44,888 nucleotides of DNA from a virus (Duplodnaviria; Caudoviricetes), in the IMG/VR virus record IMGVR_UViG_3300044676_004725, positions 1 to 44,888 of that record. One strand, written 5' to 3'. Below the pieces are notes generated by a model that was not told where the DNA came from, ran no database searches, and saw nothing but the letters and a program-made list of their open reading frames with translations. A program made the translations under genes and the position numbers. Positions within the stretch are counted from its first letter, which is position 1, and every line of letters starts with the position of its first letter. This document shows, one piece after another, positions 20,301 to 29,557 of the stretch.

Positions 20301-23300
20301 AAGAAGAAGAAATAAGGCAACGGCACCATCAAATCAACTTAGAATTTATTTCTCTAGTGCATCTTATGCATCTACTGATGATGGTGATGTAACGACGGTA
20401 AATTCTTATAATCAATTTAATTACTCTACTGAAATTAAAGATGTAGGTATTTTTAGAAATTCTGATATTATTGATATTAGACCAAGAGTTTCTAATTATA
20501 CGGTAACAACTGGAGTAAGGTCTCCACTTGAATTTTTAGGAAGAACGTTCAACTCCTCTGGACAAGCTGCGTCAAATGTTCTTGCTTCTGATGAAGCAAT
20601 TACTGCAGATGTTTCATATTATCAAGGAAGAATTGATAGAGTATTCCTTTCAAAAGATGGTAGATTCCAAATTGTGTATGGAGCTCCCTCAGATGATCCA
20701 GTTAGACCAAATCCAGTTGAAGGTGCAATCGAAGTTTGCACTATAAATCTCCCTCCATATTTGTATAGTGTTGAAGATGCAAAAATTACCTTCAGCCAAT
20801 ACAAGAGATATCGAATGCAAGATATCAAAAAGTTGGAGGATAGAATTAGAAATCTTGAGTACTATACAACTCTTTCTCTTTTAGAAAAAGAAACTGCAAA
20901 TCTTTTCTTACCTGACAATGATGGATTTAATAGATTTAAATCAGGATTCTTCATTGACAATTTCTCTGGATTCAAAACCCAAGATACAACTTTTGGTATT
21001 CAAAACTCTATTGATAGAAAATATGGTGAACTGAGACCAAAACACTATACAACTTCAGTTGATTTGATTTACGGACCAGTTGTTGATACTGATGCTACTA
21101 ATGATACTAGTTTTGGAACTGTTGAAGGAACCAATATTAGAAGAGAACCAAACGATATTATTGTTTTAGATTATGCGGAAGTTGAATACTTATCTCAAAC
21201 TTTTGCAACTAGAACTGAAAGTGTAACTCCCTTCTTGATTAGTTTCTGGAATGGAAATATTGAATTAACTCCAGCATCTGATAACTGGGTTGATCAAGAA
21301 AGACTTGAGGCAAAAATTATTGAAACTGAAGGTGATTATGCAGAAACTTTCAATAAACTTGTAGATTCAGGTGACATTGATGCTCAAACTGGATTTGGTT
21401 CAATCCTTTGGGATTCTTGGGAAACTACTTGGGGAGCTACCGAGGAAGTAGAAAGCACCAAATCAAGAACAGAAAGTGGTGGAGCATCTAGGATTGATGT
21501 ACAAGGACATGGTGGAAGATCTAGAACCAGTACAAGTACACGAACAGTAACTGACAAAGTTTATGAAGATACTATCATAACTCAAACTCAAAGTGGAGTA
21601 AAAGAAAGAACTGGTACTTATACAGTTATAGTTGAGGACTTTGAAAAAACTTCTATCGGAGACAAAGTTGTCAGTAGTTCAGTGATCACAAACATGCGAT
21701 CAAGGAACGTCACATTTGATGCAAGAAGAGTTAAACCTCTTACCAGATTATATGCATTCTTTGATGGTAAAGATGTTACTAAATTCTGTGTTCCAAAACT
21801 TTTGGAAATCACAATGACTTCTGGAACTTTCCAGGTTGGAGAAACTGTAGAAGGCGTCATGCAATCAACAGGTCTTTCTGAAGATTTGGGAGACTCTTCT
21901 CCCAAAATTACCTTTAGGGTCGCACAATCAAATCACAAAGAAGGTGCATATGATGCTCCAACAAAAACTTTCCCCCAAAATCCATACACTGTTAGAGATT
22001 TACCCCAAACATATTCTTCTACTTCCGATGTTTTAAATATTGATGTAGCATCACTTGCTACGGAAGCTAGAGGTGACTTCCATGGATTTGTTAGAACTGG
22101 AATGGTTCTTAAAGGTAAAACAAGTGGAGCAGAAGCAAGTATTAACAATCTTAGACTTCTTTCCGATCTTTCTGCAACTTTGATTGGAAGTTTTTATATT
22201 CCAAATCCAAATAATACAGATTTTCCTAAATTTGAAACGGGAACTAAAGTGTTTACTTTGGTTAATGATGCAGATAATAATCAAGATGCAGCAACAACCA
22301 TTGCTGAAGAGGTGTTTACTTCTGCTGGAACTTTAGAGAAAGTCCAAGAGAATATAATTTCTGTCAGAAATGCAAAAGTTGAAGAGAAGAAAGAATTTGA
22401 AACCGAAAACGTAAGTAAAGAACTTGGAACGGAGGTAACTGGAACTAGATTGGTTAGTTCTACAGAAAGAACTCAAACAGTTGTTACTTGGTATGACCCT
22501 CTGGCACAATCCTTCTTAGTCAAGGAAGAAACTGGTGTCTTTATGTCCAGTTGTGATATCTTCTTTAGATCTAAAGATGATATGGATATTCCAGTGACTT
22601 TCCAGTTGAGAACTTTGGAGGGTGGTTTCCCCTCACGAAGAATCTTGCCATTCTCTGAAATCAATATAGATCCAGATGATATCGAAACTTCTTCTGATGG
22701 ATCTATTGCTACAAATATTAAATTTAAAGCACCAGTTTATCTTGAAGGTGGCAAGGAATATGCAATTTGTTTAGCATCCAACTCAACCAAGTATAGTGTT
22801 TATATTTCTAGGGTTGGTGAAAATGACATTCTAACAGACACTTTCCTTTCAAACCAACCAAATATTCAACAAATTGGATCACTATTCAAATCTCAAAATG
22901 CTTCAACTTGGGAACCAAGTCAGTGGGAAGATCTTAAGTTTACTCTTTATAGAGCAGACTTTGTTGAAAGTGGAAGTATTGAATTCTATAGTCCAGAATT
23001 AACTGAAGGCAACAAGCAAATTCCAAAACTAAAACCAAATCCAATCAACTCTAACTCTAGAGAAATTAGAGTTGGTCTTGGAACAACAGTTGCTGATATC
23101 TATGAAATTGGCAATACTTTCTTCCAGTCGGGTACAAATGCAACTGGTGATCTTGTAGGCACTGCAGGAACTGCTGTTGGAACTCTTACAGTCACTAATG
23201 CTGGAATTGGATATACTCCTCTCGATGGCAACCAGGCTTTCAGTGGAGTAAATCTGGTAACTATCACAGGAAATGGTAGAGGTGCTACTGCTGACGTAAC

Positions 23301-24954
23301 AGTCAATAGTGGAGTTATTGGTGTTGCTACTATCATGAATGGTGGTTCAGGATATCAAGTTGGTGATGTCCTTGGAATCATTACTATCGGTGTTGCAAGT
23401 CTTGGTAGAAACGCAAGATTGACCGTTCCAGGTATCGGTCAAACCAGTGAACTTATCTTTAACAATGTTCAAGGTGAATTTGTTGTTGGTTCAGCAAATA
23501 CAATGTTCTTCTTTAATAGTTCTGGAATTAGCACTGAGTTGAATTCTTCTGGTGCTGCTGGACTTGGAACTGGTGGTGATGTTCAGATATCAAAAATTAG
23601 TATTGTTAGTGATGGACTTCATCTCAATGTCAATCACAAGAATCATGGCATGTATTTTACAGATAACTCTGTAATACTGTCTGGAGTCGCACCTGATGTA
23701 AAACCAACAACACTCACTGCAGCATATCCTTCAGATTCTACTGGTGGAATTACTGTTGCTCTTGCAGCCAACTTTGGAACATTTGAAAAAGTTGGAGTAG
23801 GAACAACAAATACTGGATATCTCTTGATTGGTGATGAAATTATCGAATACACCAGTGTTAATGGAAACACTATTGGTGGAGATATTGTCAGAGGAGCTAA
23901 TCCAAAGACATATCCAACTGGAACTGCTGTATATAAGTATGAATTTAACGATGTTAATTTGAACAGAATTAATACAACTCATGACTTAGCAAATGTAACA
24001 GAATCAGATCCTTTCACATTTGATTCTTATAAAGTTAAACTTGATATGAGTTCCGCAACAGGAACAGATAGAAGCACTGATGTTGGTTGGCCAAAACTTT
24101 ATGTTGGTAAGACTAAATCTTCTGGTGGATATCATGTCAGAGCAACTCAAAATATACCATTTGAATTGATCACTCCAAAGGTAGAAAATTTAACAGTTCC
24201 TGGAACAGTTATTACTGGAGAACTCAGAACTACAACGTCTACAAGTTTCAGTGGAAATGAAACTCCATTTGTTGATTCTGGATTTAGTGACATTACTGTC
24301 AACCAGAAGAACTATTTTGACAGTCCAAGAATGATTGCATCTAAAGTAAATGAAGATGCACAATTAACCACTGTTCCTGGATCTAAGTCGTTGAATATGA
24401 GACTCTTCCTGAACACCACTGATACCAAAATTAGTCCTGTTATTGATGGTCAAAGAGTTAGTGCTGTTTTGACTAGCAATAGAGTGAATGATGTAATTAC
24501 AAATTATGCGACAGATCCTAGAGTTGATTCACCATTTGAAGATCCTACAGCATGTCAATATGTTTCTAAGGAAATTCTACTAGAAAATCCTGCATCTTCT
24601 ATCAAGATTATTCTTTCAGCACATTTGAATGAAGATGCAGATCTGAGAGCATTCTATGCAGTTAGTAATGAAGAAGGAACTGACCCCGTATTCTCACCTT
24701 TCCCTGGATATTCAAACTTGAATACAAGAGGTGAGGTTATCAATCCAGAAAACAATAACGGATTGCCCGACAGTTTTGTTGTAAAATCAAGTTCTTTCTC
24801 CTTTGAACCATATCAAACTGATTATAGAGAGTATGTATTTACAGTTAATGATTTGCCTTCGTTCAGAAACTATAGAATTAAACTTAACTTGACATCTAGA
24901 ACTCAGTGTTATGTTCCTAAGATTAAAGAACTGAGAGTAATTGCTTTAGCCTGA
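17392..24954 (+). CDS. Large virion structural protein, VrlC-like / DUF4815 family (2520 aa)
   Basis: N-terminus MPQQTNLNVSPYFDDFD....YHKVLFKPGYPVQARELTTLQSILQNQIE.FG, plus APGADRL, GKAYVQGYEI, RYRMQDI.KLE.RI.NLEYYT.LSLLE, DPLAQSF and GSLFKSQNASTW...QWEDLKF. Confidence 0.88.
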   Translation: MPQQTNLNVSPYFDDFDPANDYHKVLFKPGYPVQARELTTLQSILQNQIERFGQHFFKEGAKVIPGNIGYNQLYYAIQLQNNYQGVPVSAYAEQLIGTKITGQRSGVTAFVDSVLLPEDSERGNLTLYINYLGSSTANNSTQQFFDGEALTCNETISSGLLGNTTITAGAPFANTFETAAAATGCSFQIEEGIYFIRGNFVNVSRENLILDQYTNTPSYRIGLFINEEIVTSDLDETLNDNSQGYNNYAAPGADRLRISTSLFKKPLDDFNDDNFILLATVIQGVLQTSNLKRGNLGGGAGYKDWTDALARRTFDESGHYYVKPFDLTVVNSLNDNVGNAGIFNAGQFTPGGESARADLALYKISPGKAYVQGYEIESIGVTYLDVDKPRTTRTLENQNIVYNTGPTFRVNTVFRSPTIGIGNTYAVSLRNQRVGSDQNAAPGKEIGLARVYDFRLESGSYNSTNANLNQWDLALFDIQTTTEIALNQAHTLNVPTFVKGESSGATGFLRYNVNAGTAVTVYETIGNFVVNERLTFNGIENGRIAIAVTANTISDVKSIYGTSNTLELDDGITGVNTFSANVIQSPKVRVGVTTITPTSGGVSTVRSSSNDRFPGTIVKENDIIQYTDTTSAGLTEDPITARVVSVGATHITIEGVNTVSGIASGFLPLSQIEVSDFRIVTSDLAPSSDSTLFTPLPRANVSDVDISESVLTIRKTFTVNITSNQLSSEVQAAANETFLSFDDERYLLTRSDGSTETLSSDKFEIGADGKTLQIRGLGTDNTDATLVATLRKTNPKAKVKIKNPVNSIIVNKSKLEGSGIGSTTLNNGLVYGAYPFGTRVEDETISLNFPDVIEIQGVYESADTSAASAPRTSLLNINSTSTTTSEFLLGERIIGQNSGAVAILVEIVDDSTISFIYKNQGVFVQGETVTFQDSNLTATISTLSTPSFNVSPNYTFRTGQRNTFYNYGSIRRRNKATAPSNQLRIYFSSASYASTDDGDVTTVNSYNQFNYSTEIKDVGIFRNSDIIDIRPRVSNYTVTTGVRSPLEFLGRTFNSSGQAASNVLASDEAITADVSYYQGRIDRVFLSKDGRFQIVYGAPSDDPVRPNPVEGAIEVCTINLPPYLYSVEDAKITFSQYKRYRMQDIKKLEDRIRNLEYYTTLSLLEKETANLFLPDNDGFNRFKSGFFIDNFSGFKTQDTTFGIQNSIDRKYGELRPKHYTTSVDLIYGPVVDTDATNDTSFGTVEGTNIRREPNDIIVLDYAEVEYLSQTFATRTESVTPFLISFWNGNIELTPASDNWVDQERLEAKIIETEGDYAETFNKLVDSGDIDAQTGFGSILWDSWETTWGATEEVESTKSRTESGGASRIDVQGHGGRSRTSTSTRTVTDKVYEDTIITQTQSGVKERTGTYTVIVEDFEKTSIGDKVVSSSVITNMRSRNVTFDARRVKPLTRLYAFFDGKDVTKFCVPKLLEITMTSGTFQVGETVEGVMQSTGLSEDLGDSSPKITFRVAQSNHKEGAYDAPTKTFPQNPYTVRDLPQTYSSTSDVLNIDVASLATEARGDFHGFVRTGMVLKGKTSGAEASINNLRLLSDLSATLIGSFYIPNPNNTDFPKFETGTKVFTLVNDADNNQDAATTIAEEVFTSAGTLEKVQENIISVRNAKVEEKKEFETENVSKELGTEVTGTRLVSSTERTQTVVTWYDPLAQSFLVKEETGVFMSSCDIFFRSKDDMDIPVTFQLRTLEGGFPSRRILPFSEINIDPDDIETSSDGSIATNIKFKAPVYLEGGKEYAICLASNSTKYSVYISRVGENDILTDTFLSNQPNIQQIGSLFKSQNASTWEPSQWEDLKFTLYRADFVESGSIEFYSPELTEGNKQIPKLKPNPINSNSREIRVGLGTTVADIYEIGNTFFQSGTNATGDLVGTAGTAVGTLTVTNAGIGYTPLDGNQAFSGVNLVTITGNGRGATADVTVNSGVIGVATIMNGGSGYQVGDVLGIITIGVASLGRNARLTVPGIGQTSELIFNNVQGEFVVGSANTMFFFNSSGISTELNSSGAAGLGTGGDVQISKISIVSDGLHLNVNHKNHGMYFTDNSVILSGVAPDVKPTTLTAAYPSDSTGGITVALAANFGTFEKVGVGTTNTGYLLIGDEIIEYTSVNGNTIGGDIVRGANPKTYPTGTAVYKYEFNDVNLNRINTTHDLANVTESDPFTFDSYKVKLDMSSATGTDRSTDVGWPKLYVGKTKSSGGYHVRATQNIPFELITPKVENLTVPGTVITGELRTTTSTSFSGNETPFVDSGFSDITVNQKNYFDSPRMIASKVNEDAQLTTVPGSKSLNMRLFLNTTDTKISPVIDGQRVSAVLTSNRVNDVITNYATDPRVDSPFEDPTACQYVSKEILLENPASSIKIILSAHLNEDADLRAFYAVSNEEGTDPVFSPFPGYSNLNTRGEVINPENNNGLPDSFVVKSSSFSFEPYQTDYREYVFTVNDLPSFRNYRIKLNLTSRTQCYVPKIKELRVIALA

Positions 24955-24955
24955 T

Positions 24956-25180
24956 ATGGATTTTTATGAATTAAAAGGTAATAAGGATCTCGCAAGAGAT
25001 CCCGAAACCAATGCTATACTTAATGTAAATGGACTTGATTATCAACAGTATCTTGAGAGACGTAAAGTGAAATCTAAAAAGAATCAAAAAGAACAAAACA
25101 TGGAGCAAGAACTTGCTAATATGAAGGATGACATTAATGAAATCAAGTATTTACTTAGGGAGTTATTAAATGGATCCTGA
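24956..25180 (+). CDS. Small hypothetical protein with C-terminal coiled coil (74 aa)
   Basis: LARDPETNAILN motif and a heptad tail ELANMKDDINEIKYLLRELL; abuts the VrlC-like stop. Confidence 0.8.
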   Translation: MDFYELKGNKDLARDPETNAILNVNGLDYQQYLERRKVKSKKNQKEQNMEQELANMKDDINEIKYLLRELLNGS

Positions 25181-25352
25181 CAAAATTGAACTTAGAAACC
25201 TTTCAAAAAGTTTTGCATATGCCAAATTAGCATCTGAAATAGATAGTTGTAATGATAAGGACATTCTTAAAAACATAGCAAAATCTTTTTGCAAACTTTA
25301 TTATAAGCAGCAAGAAACCATGCAAGTAATAGGTATCCCAGATGGCAACTAA
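25170..25352 (+). CDS. Small hypothetical protein (60 aa)
   Basis: AGGGAG SD upstream; overlaps both neighbours by 11 nt. Confidence 0.7.
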   Translation: MDPDKIELRNLSKSFAYAKLASEIDSCNDKDILKNIAKSFCKLYYKQQETMQVIGIPDGN

Positions 25353-25722
25353 TAACGTAACGTTCGACCCAGATTCTGGAGTTCCCTTTGGAGTAAATAT
25401 GACTATCTATGGTGGGTCAGACTTCAAACAAAATTTGAACGTTAAAACAACAGCAAACGGTAATTTTGATCTGACTAGTTACACTGGGTCAGCAGCAATA
25501 TCCAAAAGTGTTGCTGTTGGTGCTACACTAGGAATTACTACGTCATTTACTGTTGGATTTACTAGTGCCTTTGATGGTGCAATGAGTCTTTCACTAACTG
25601 ATACTCAAACCAGAAATCTAACAGAGGGTAGATATGTTTATGATGTATTGGTTACTCTTGGATCAACAACATATCCATTGACCCGTGGAAATGTTTATGT
25701 TTACAGTCCAGTTTCTTCTTGA
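25342..25722 (+). CDS. Putative virion structural protein (Ig-like, BppU-N/LtfC-type fold)
   Basis: Pattern I..G.DF......DLT.YT..A.I.K.S....G...LSLT..QT..L..GRYVYDVLV recalled from phage fibre/baseplate adaptor domains. Confidence 0.65.
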   Translation: MATNNVTFDPDSGVPFGVNMTIYGGSDFKQNLNVKTTANGNFDLTSYTGSAAISKSVAVGATLGITTSFTVGFTSAFDGAMSLSLTDTQTRNLTEGRYVYDVLVTLGSTTYPLTRGNVYVYSPVSS

Positions 25723-25723
25723 C

Positions 25724-25731
25724 CCTAAATA
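25724..25731 (+). promoter_or_regulatory. Late promoter variant (CCTAAATA) upstream of gp13
   Basis: TAAATA core, intergenic, about 24 nt before the ATG. Confidence 0.6.
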
Positions 25732-25754
25732 CACTTAGGAAACTTGTGGAATAA

Positions 25755-26600
25755 ATGGCACAACCAGCAAGTAGAACAGATTTAATAAACTATTGTAAAA
25801 GGCAATTGGGGGCACCTGTCCTTGAGATTAACGTTGCCGATGAACAAGTAGAAGACTTGGTGGATGATGCTCTTCAGTATTTTCATGAGAGACACTTTGA
25901 TGGTGTCACTCAGATGTTTTTAAAATATAAAGTAACTCAAGAGGATATCAATAGAGGCAGAGCAAGAGGAAACAGTAACACTGCAGGAATTGTAACCACC
26001 ACTGCAAGTGCTACTATTGATAATGCATCTGTAACATTTTCTTTTGAAGAAAATAGTAACTACCTACAAATTCCTCCTGCAGTTATAGGAGTGAATAAAA
26101 TATTCAGATTTGATGGATCAAACACTGTAACTAATAACATGTTCAGTGTTAAGTATCAACTTTTCCTGAATGATATTTACTATTGGGGATCTACAGAACT
26201 TTTGACTTACGCAATGGTCAAGACGTATTTGGAAGATATTGATTTTCTTTTGAATACGGAAAAAATGATTAGATTTAATCAAAGACAAGACAGACTATAC
26301 TTAGATATTGATTGGGGATCTGTTAATGTTGGAGATTATTTTATAATCGATTGCTATCGTCTTCTGGATCCCAATGATTTTAGTAGAGTATGGAATGATT
26401 CATTCTTGAAGAGATATACTACTGCACTGTTAAAGAGACAGTGGGGTCAAAACTTGATTAAATTCCAAGGAGTAAAGCTTCCTGGTGGAATTGAATTAAA
26501 TGGAAGACAAATTTATGATGACGCTGAGAAGGACTTGCAAATAATTAGAGAGCAAATGTCTAATACATATGAACTTCCACCTTTAGATATGATAGGATAA
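25755..26600 (+). CDS. gp13: Neck protein gp13 (head-tail adaptor)
   Basis: Motifs YCKRQLGAPVLEINV..EQ..DLVDDALQYF.E.HFDG and LKRY.TAL.KRQWGQNL.KF.GV.LPGG..LNG. Confidence 0.95.
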   Translation: MAQPASRTDLINYCKRQLGAPVLEINVADEQVEDLVDDALQYFHERHFDGVTQMFLKYKVTQEDINRGRARGNSNTAGIVTTTASATIDNASVTFSFEENSNYLQIPPAVIGVNKIFRFDGSNTVTNNMFSVKYQLFLNDIYYWGSTELLTYAMVKTYLEDIDFLLNTEKMIRFNQRQDRLYLDIDWGSVNVGDYFIIDCYRLLDPNDFSRVWNDSFLKRYTTALLKRQWGQNLIKFQGVKLPGGIELNGRQIYDDAEKDLQIIREQMSNTYELPPLDMIG

Positions 26601-26604
26601 GACT

Positions 26605-28047
26605 ATGCTCAATCCATTTTTCACACAAGGAACAACTGGTGAGCAAAATCTTGTTCAGGATTTAATTAATGAGCAGTTGAGAATGTATGGGGTAGATATT
26701 TTTTATCTACCTAGAAAATATCTTACTGAAAACACTGTTATCAGAGAAGTTGTACAATCAAAATTTGATTTAGCACTTCCTCTTGAAGCATATGTAGATA
26801 ACTACGATCAATACTCTGGTGCTGGTAATATTCTTTCTAAATTTGGAATTGAATCCAAAGACGAAGTAAGACTTATCATTTCAAGAGAAAGATTTGAAAA
26901 CTATATCACACCATTGATCGAAGATCAGTCTAATGTAAAATTATCAACCAGACCAAAAGGTGGTGATTTGATATGGTTTCCTCTTGACGATAGAATTTAT
27001 GAAATTAAAGATATAGAATATGCAAAACCATATTATCAATTACAAAATCTTTACGTCTACGAACTTTATTGCGAACTCTTTAGACTTGAGAATGAAGTTA
27101 TCGCAACTGGTATTGATGATATTGATAACAATCTTGTTGGTGGAGAATATGATGGACTTTCAGATGATGGCATCAATACCATTCATGGACCAACACAAAC
27201 TCTTACTTTAATTGGTGCTGGTTCAACTGCTACTGCAACTGCTGCCATATTTGATGGTGGTGTAAAGTTCTTCACTATAACAGATAGAGGTGGTGGATAT
27301 AGTAGTGTTCCTACAGTTGGAGTGTCCTCTGCCCCCGCAGGTGGAACAACTGCAGTTGGAATTGCAACTATGATTGGGGGTATTAATGTTTGCAATCTTA
27401 ATGTTAATCCAAAATTACAGTCAGTTCAAAGAATTGATGTTGTAAATTCTGGTGCAGGATATACTGTTGCACCAACAGTAAAAATTACTGGTGGAGGGGG
27501 ATCTGGTGCAGCATCAACAGCAACAATTGGAGATGGTGTTGTTGGGATTATTACAGTCACTTCTGGTGGTGGAGGATACACAGAAGGTCCAACCATCACA
27601 TTTGCCAATGAAATATTTGAGACTGGAGTCACAACAGTATCTGCTGCAGCAACAGCAGTTGTCAGTGCTGCTGGAACAATCTCTGCAATTTATCTGACGA
27701 ATACTGGTGTTGGATATTCCGTTGCACCAACAGTTGTTATTGGAAACGCAGAAAGTTCTGGATCTGGAACATTCCAGTTCAACGAAATCGTAACTGGATC
27801 TGAAAGCGGAACAACTGCAAGAGTTAGAACTTGGAACTCTGATACAAATGTTCTTGAGGTTGGAACTGTTGATGGTGAGTTTACTATTGGTGAAAATATT
27901 GTTGGATCTACATCTGGAGCTTCTTATGCACTAAGAACTGCAGACTCTCAACCAGCAGATGATGGATTTGCAGATAATATTAACATTCAAGCTGAAGCAA
28001 ATACTATCTTAGACTTCACCGAACAGAATCCATTTGGTGCACCCTAA
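26605..28047 (+). CDS. gp14: Neck protein gp14 (head closure) with large beta-repeat insertion
   Basis: Motifs EQNLVQDLINEQLRMYG.D.FYLPR, LSKFG, RPKGGDLIWFP and the C-terminal ILDFTEQNPFG. Confidence 0.93.
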   Translation: MLNPFFTQGTTGEQNLVQDLINEQLRMYGVDIFYLPRKYLTENTVIREVVQSKFDLALPLEAYVDNYDQYSGAGNILSKFGIESKDEVRLIISRERFENYITPLIEDQSNVKLSTRPKGGDLIWFPLDDRIYEIKDIEYAKPYYQLQNLYVYELYCELFRLENEVIATGIDDIDNNLVGGEYDGLSDDGINTIHGPTQTLTLIGAGSTATATAAIFDGGVKFFTITDRGGGYSSVPTVGVSSAPAGGTTAVGIATMIGGINVCNLNVNPKLQSVQRIDVVNSGAGYTVAPTVKITGGGGSGAASTATIGDGVVGIITVTSGGGGYTEGPTITFANEIFETGVTTVSAAATAVVSAAGTISAIYLTNTGVGYSVAPTVVIGNAESSGSGTFQFNEIVTGSESGTTARVRTWNSDTNVLEVGTVDGEFTIGENIVGSTSGASYALRTADSQPADDGFADNINIQAEANTILDFTEQNPFGAP

Positions 28048-28050
28048 ATA
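28043..28050 (+). promoter_or_regulatory. Late promoter variant (CCTAAATA) overlapping the gp14 stop codon
   Basis: The TAA stop (28045-28047) is part of the TAAATA core, about 37 nt before gp15. Confidence 0.6.
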
Positions 28051-28086
28051 GAATTACCTTATGGTAAGATAGTGTAGGTTTAAAAA

Positions 28087-29088
28087 ATGTTTGAGTATTT
28101 TTATAACGAAATTTTGAGGAGAACCATTATATCTTTTGGAACTCTTTTTAATAACATTTCAATTAAACATGAGGACTCCTCTGACAATGTTGTTAGTGTT
28201 GTAAAAGTCCCTCTGGCATATGGTCCTACGCAAAAATTTCTTGCTAGAATTAATCAATCTCCAGATTTAAATAAACCCTTTGCAATTACATTGCCAAGGA
28301 TGTCATTTGAGTTTATTGGACTAACTTACGATCCTTCTAGAAAAGTAACCACTACACAACAATTCAAAGTTAAGGATCCTAATGATGGCACTGAGACCAA
28401 AAAGTCTTATATGCCAGTTCCTTATAATATGCAATTTGAGCTTTCCATCATGTCAAAACTGAATGATGATGCTCTTCAAATTGTAGAACAAATCTTACCA
28501 TATTTTCAACCAGCATATAATCTTACTGTAGAATTGGTTGAATCAATTAAAGAGAAAAGAGATATTCCTGTCGTTCTTGAGAACATCACGATGCAGGATG
28601 ATTATGAAGGGGACTTTTCGCAAAGAAGGGTTCTTCTTTATACCTTGAGATTTACTGCCAAAACATATCTGTTTGGTCCTACTTCCAGTGCAACCAAAGA
28701 TATTATCAAAAAAGCATCTATCAGTTATCTTACTGGCACGGATACTACAAATACAACAAGAGAGGTTACCTACTCTTCAGAACCAAGAGCAATCAAAAAT
28801 TATATTGGAGACGTTGCCACTCAACTTACAAACGATATCACATTAACTGCAAAAACTTTTGAAGTTGATGATCCTAGCACCTTGACTGCATCTACTTATA
28901 TCGTTATTGGTGATGAGGAGATGTATATTAAGTCAATTAGTGGCAATAAAATCAGTGTTGATAGAGGAAGAGATAATACTACAGCAACTAATCATCTTAA
29001 AGGTGCTGCAATTGGCAAGATTACTGCTGCTGATAATGCACTTATTCCGGATGGAGATGACTTTGGATTTAGTGGTACATTTTTATGA
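28087..29088 (+). CDS. gp15: Tail sheath stabiliser / tail terminator gp15
   Basis: Motifs YFYNEILRRTII.FGTLFNNI, VPLAYGP.QKFLAR, LPRMSFE, PVPYN and QI.EQILPYFQP. Confidence 0.95.
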   Translation: MFEYFYNEILRRTIISFGTLFNNISIKHEDSSDNVVSVVKVPLAYGPTQKFLARINQSPDLNKPFAITLPRMSFEFIGLTYDPSRKVTTTQQFKVKDPNDGTETKKSYMPVPYNMQFELSIMSKLNDDALQIVEQILPYFQPAYNLTVELVESIKEKRDIPVVLENITMQDDYEGDFSQRRVLLYTLRFTAKTYLFGPTSSATKDIIKKASISYLTGTDTTNTTREVTYSSEPRAIKNYIGDVATQLTNDITLTAKTFEVDDPSTLTASTYIVIGDEEMYIKSISGNKISVDRGRDNTTATNHLKGAAIGKITAADNALIPDGDDFGFSGTFL

Positions 29089-29513
29089 AAATGACAAAAG
29101 GTTTTGACGAATTAAACGATACATTCAATACTTCTGGTGAAGTTATCAAACCAGAAGTTGTTGAAAAAAAGATTGAAAAGATTAGAGAACCTGTTGATGA
29201 GATTAGAAAAGATTATGATTATACCAGAGGTAATTTATATTCTCTTATAGAAAAGGGGCAAGAGGCAATCAATGGTATTCTTGAATTAGCACAAGAAAGT
29301 GAAATGCCAAGAGCATATGAAGTTGCTGGTCAGTTGATTAAAAACGTTGCAGATGCCACGGATAAATTAATGGACTTGCAAAAGAAACTGAAAGAAGTAG
29401 AAGAAGAAAAGCAAGCAAAAGGACCATCAACAGTCAACAATGCACTGTTTGTTGGATCAACTGCGGAACTGGCAAAAATGTTAAAAGACGGACTGAAGGA
29501 AGATCCTAAATAA
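29085..29513 (+). CDS. gp16: Terminase small subunit gp16
   Basis: Motifs DYDYTRGNLY.LIEKGQEAI, PRAYEVAGQLIK and NNALFVGSTAEL.KML. The start may be 29085 or 29091. Confidence 0.95.
   Translation: MKMTKGFDELNDTFNTSGEVIKPEVVEKKIEKIREPVDEIRKDYDYTRGNLYSLIEKGQEAINGILELAQESEMPRAYEVAGQLIKNVADATDKLMDLQKKLKEVEEEKQAKGPSTVNNALFVGSTAELAKMLKDGLKEDPK
29505..29512 (+). promoter_or_regulatory. Late promoter variant (CCTAAATA) at the end of gp16
   Basis: TAAATA core overlapping the last codons of gp16, about 45 nt upstream of the next ATG. Confidence 0.55.
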
Positions 29514-29557
29514 TATGAAAGGGAGAGAAATCCCGAAGTACTAAGGTTACTAATAAA

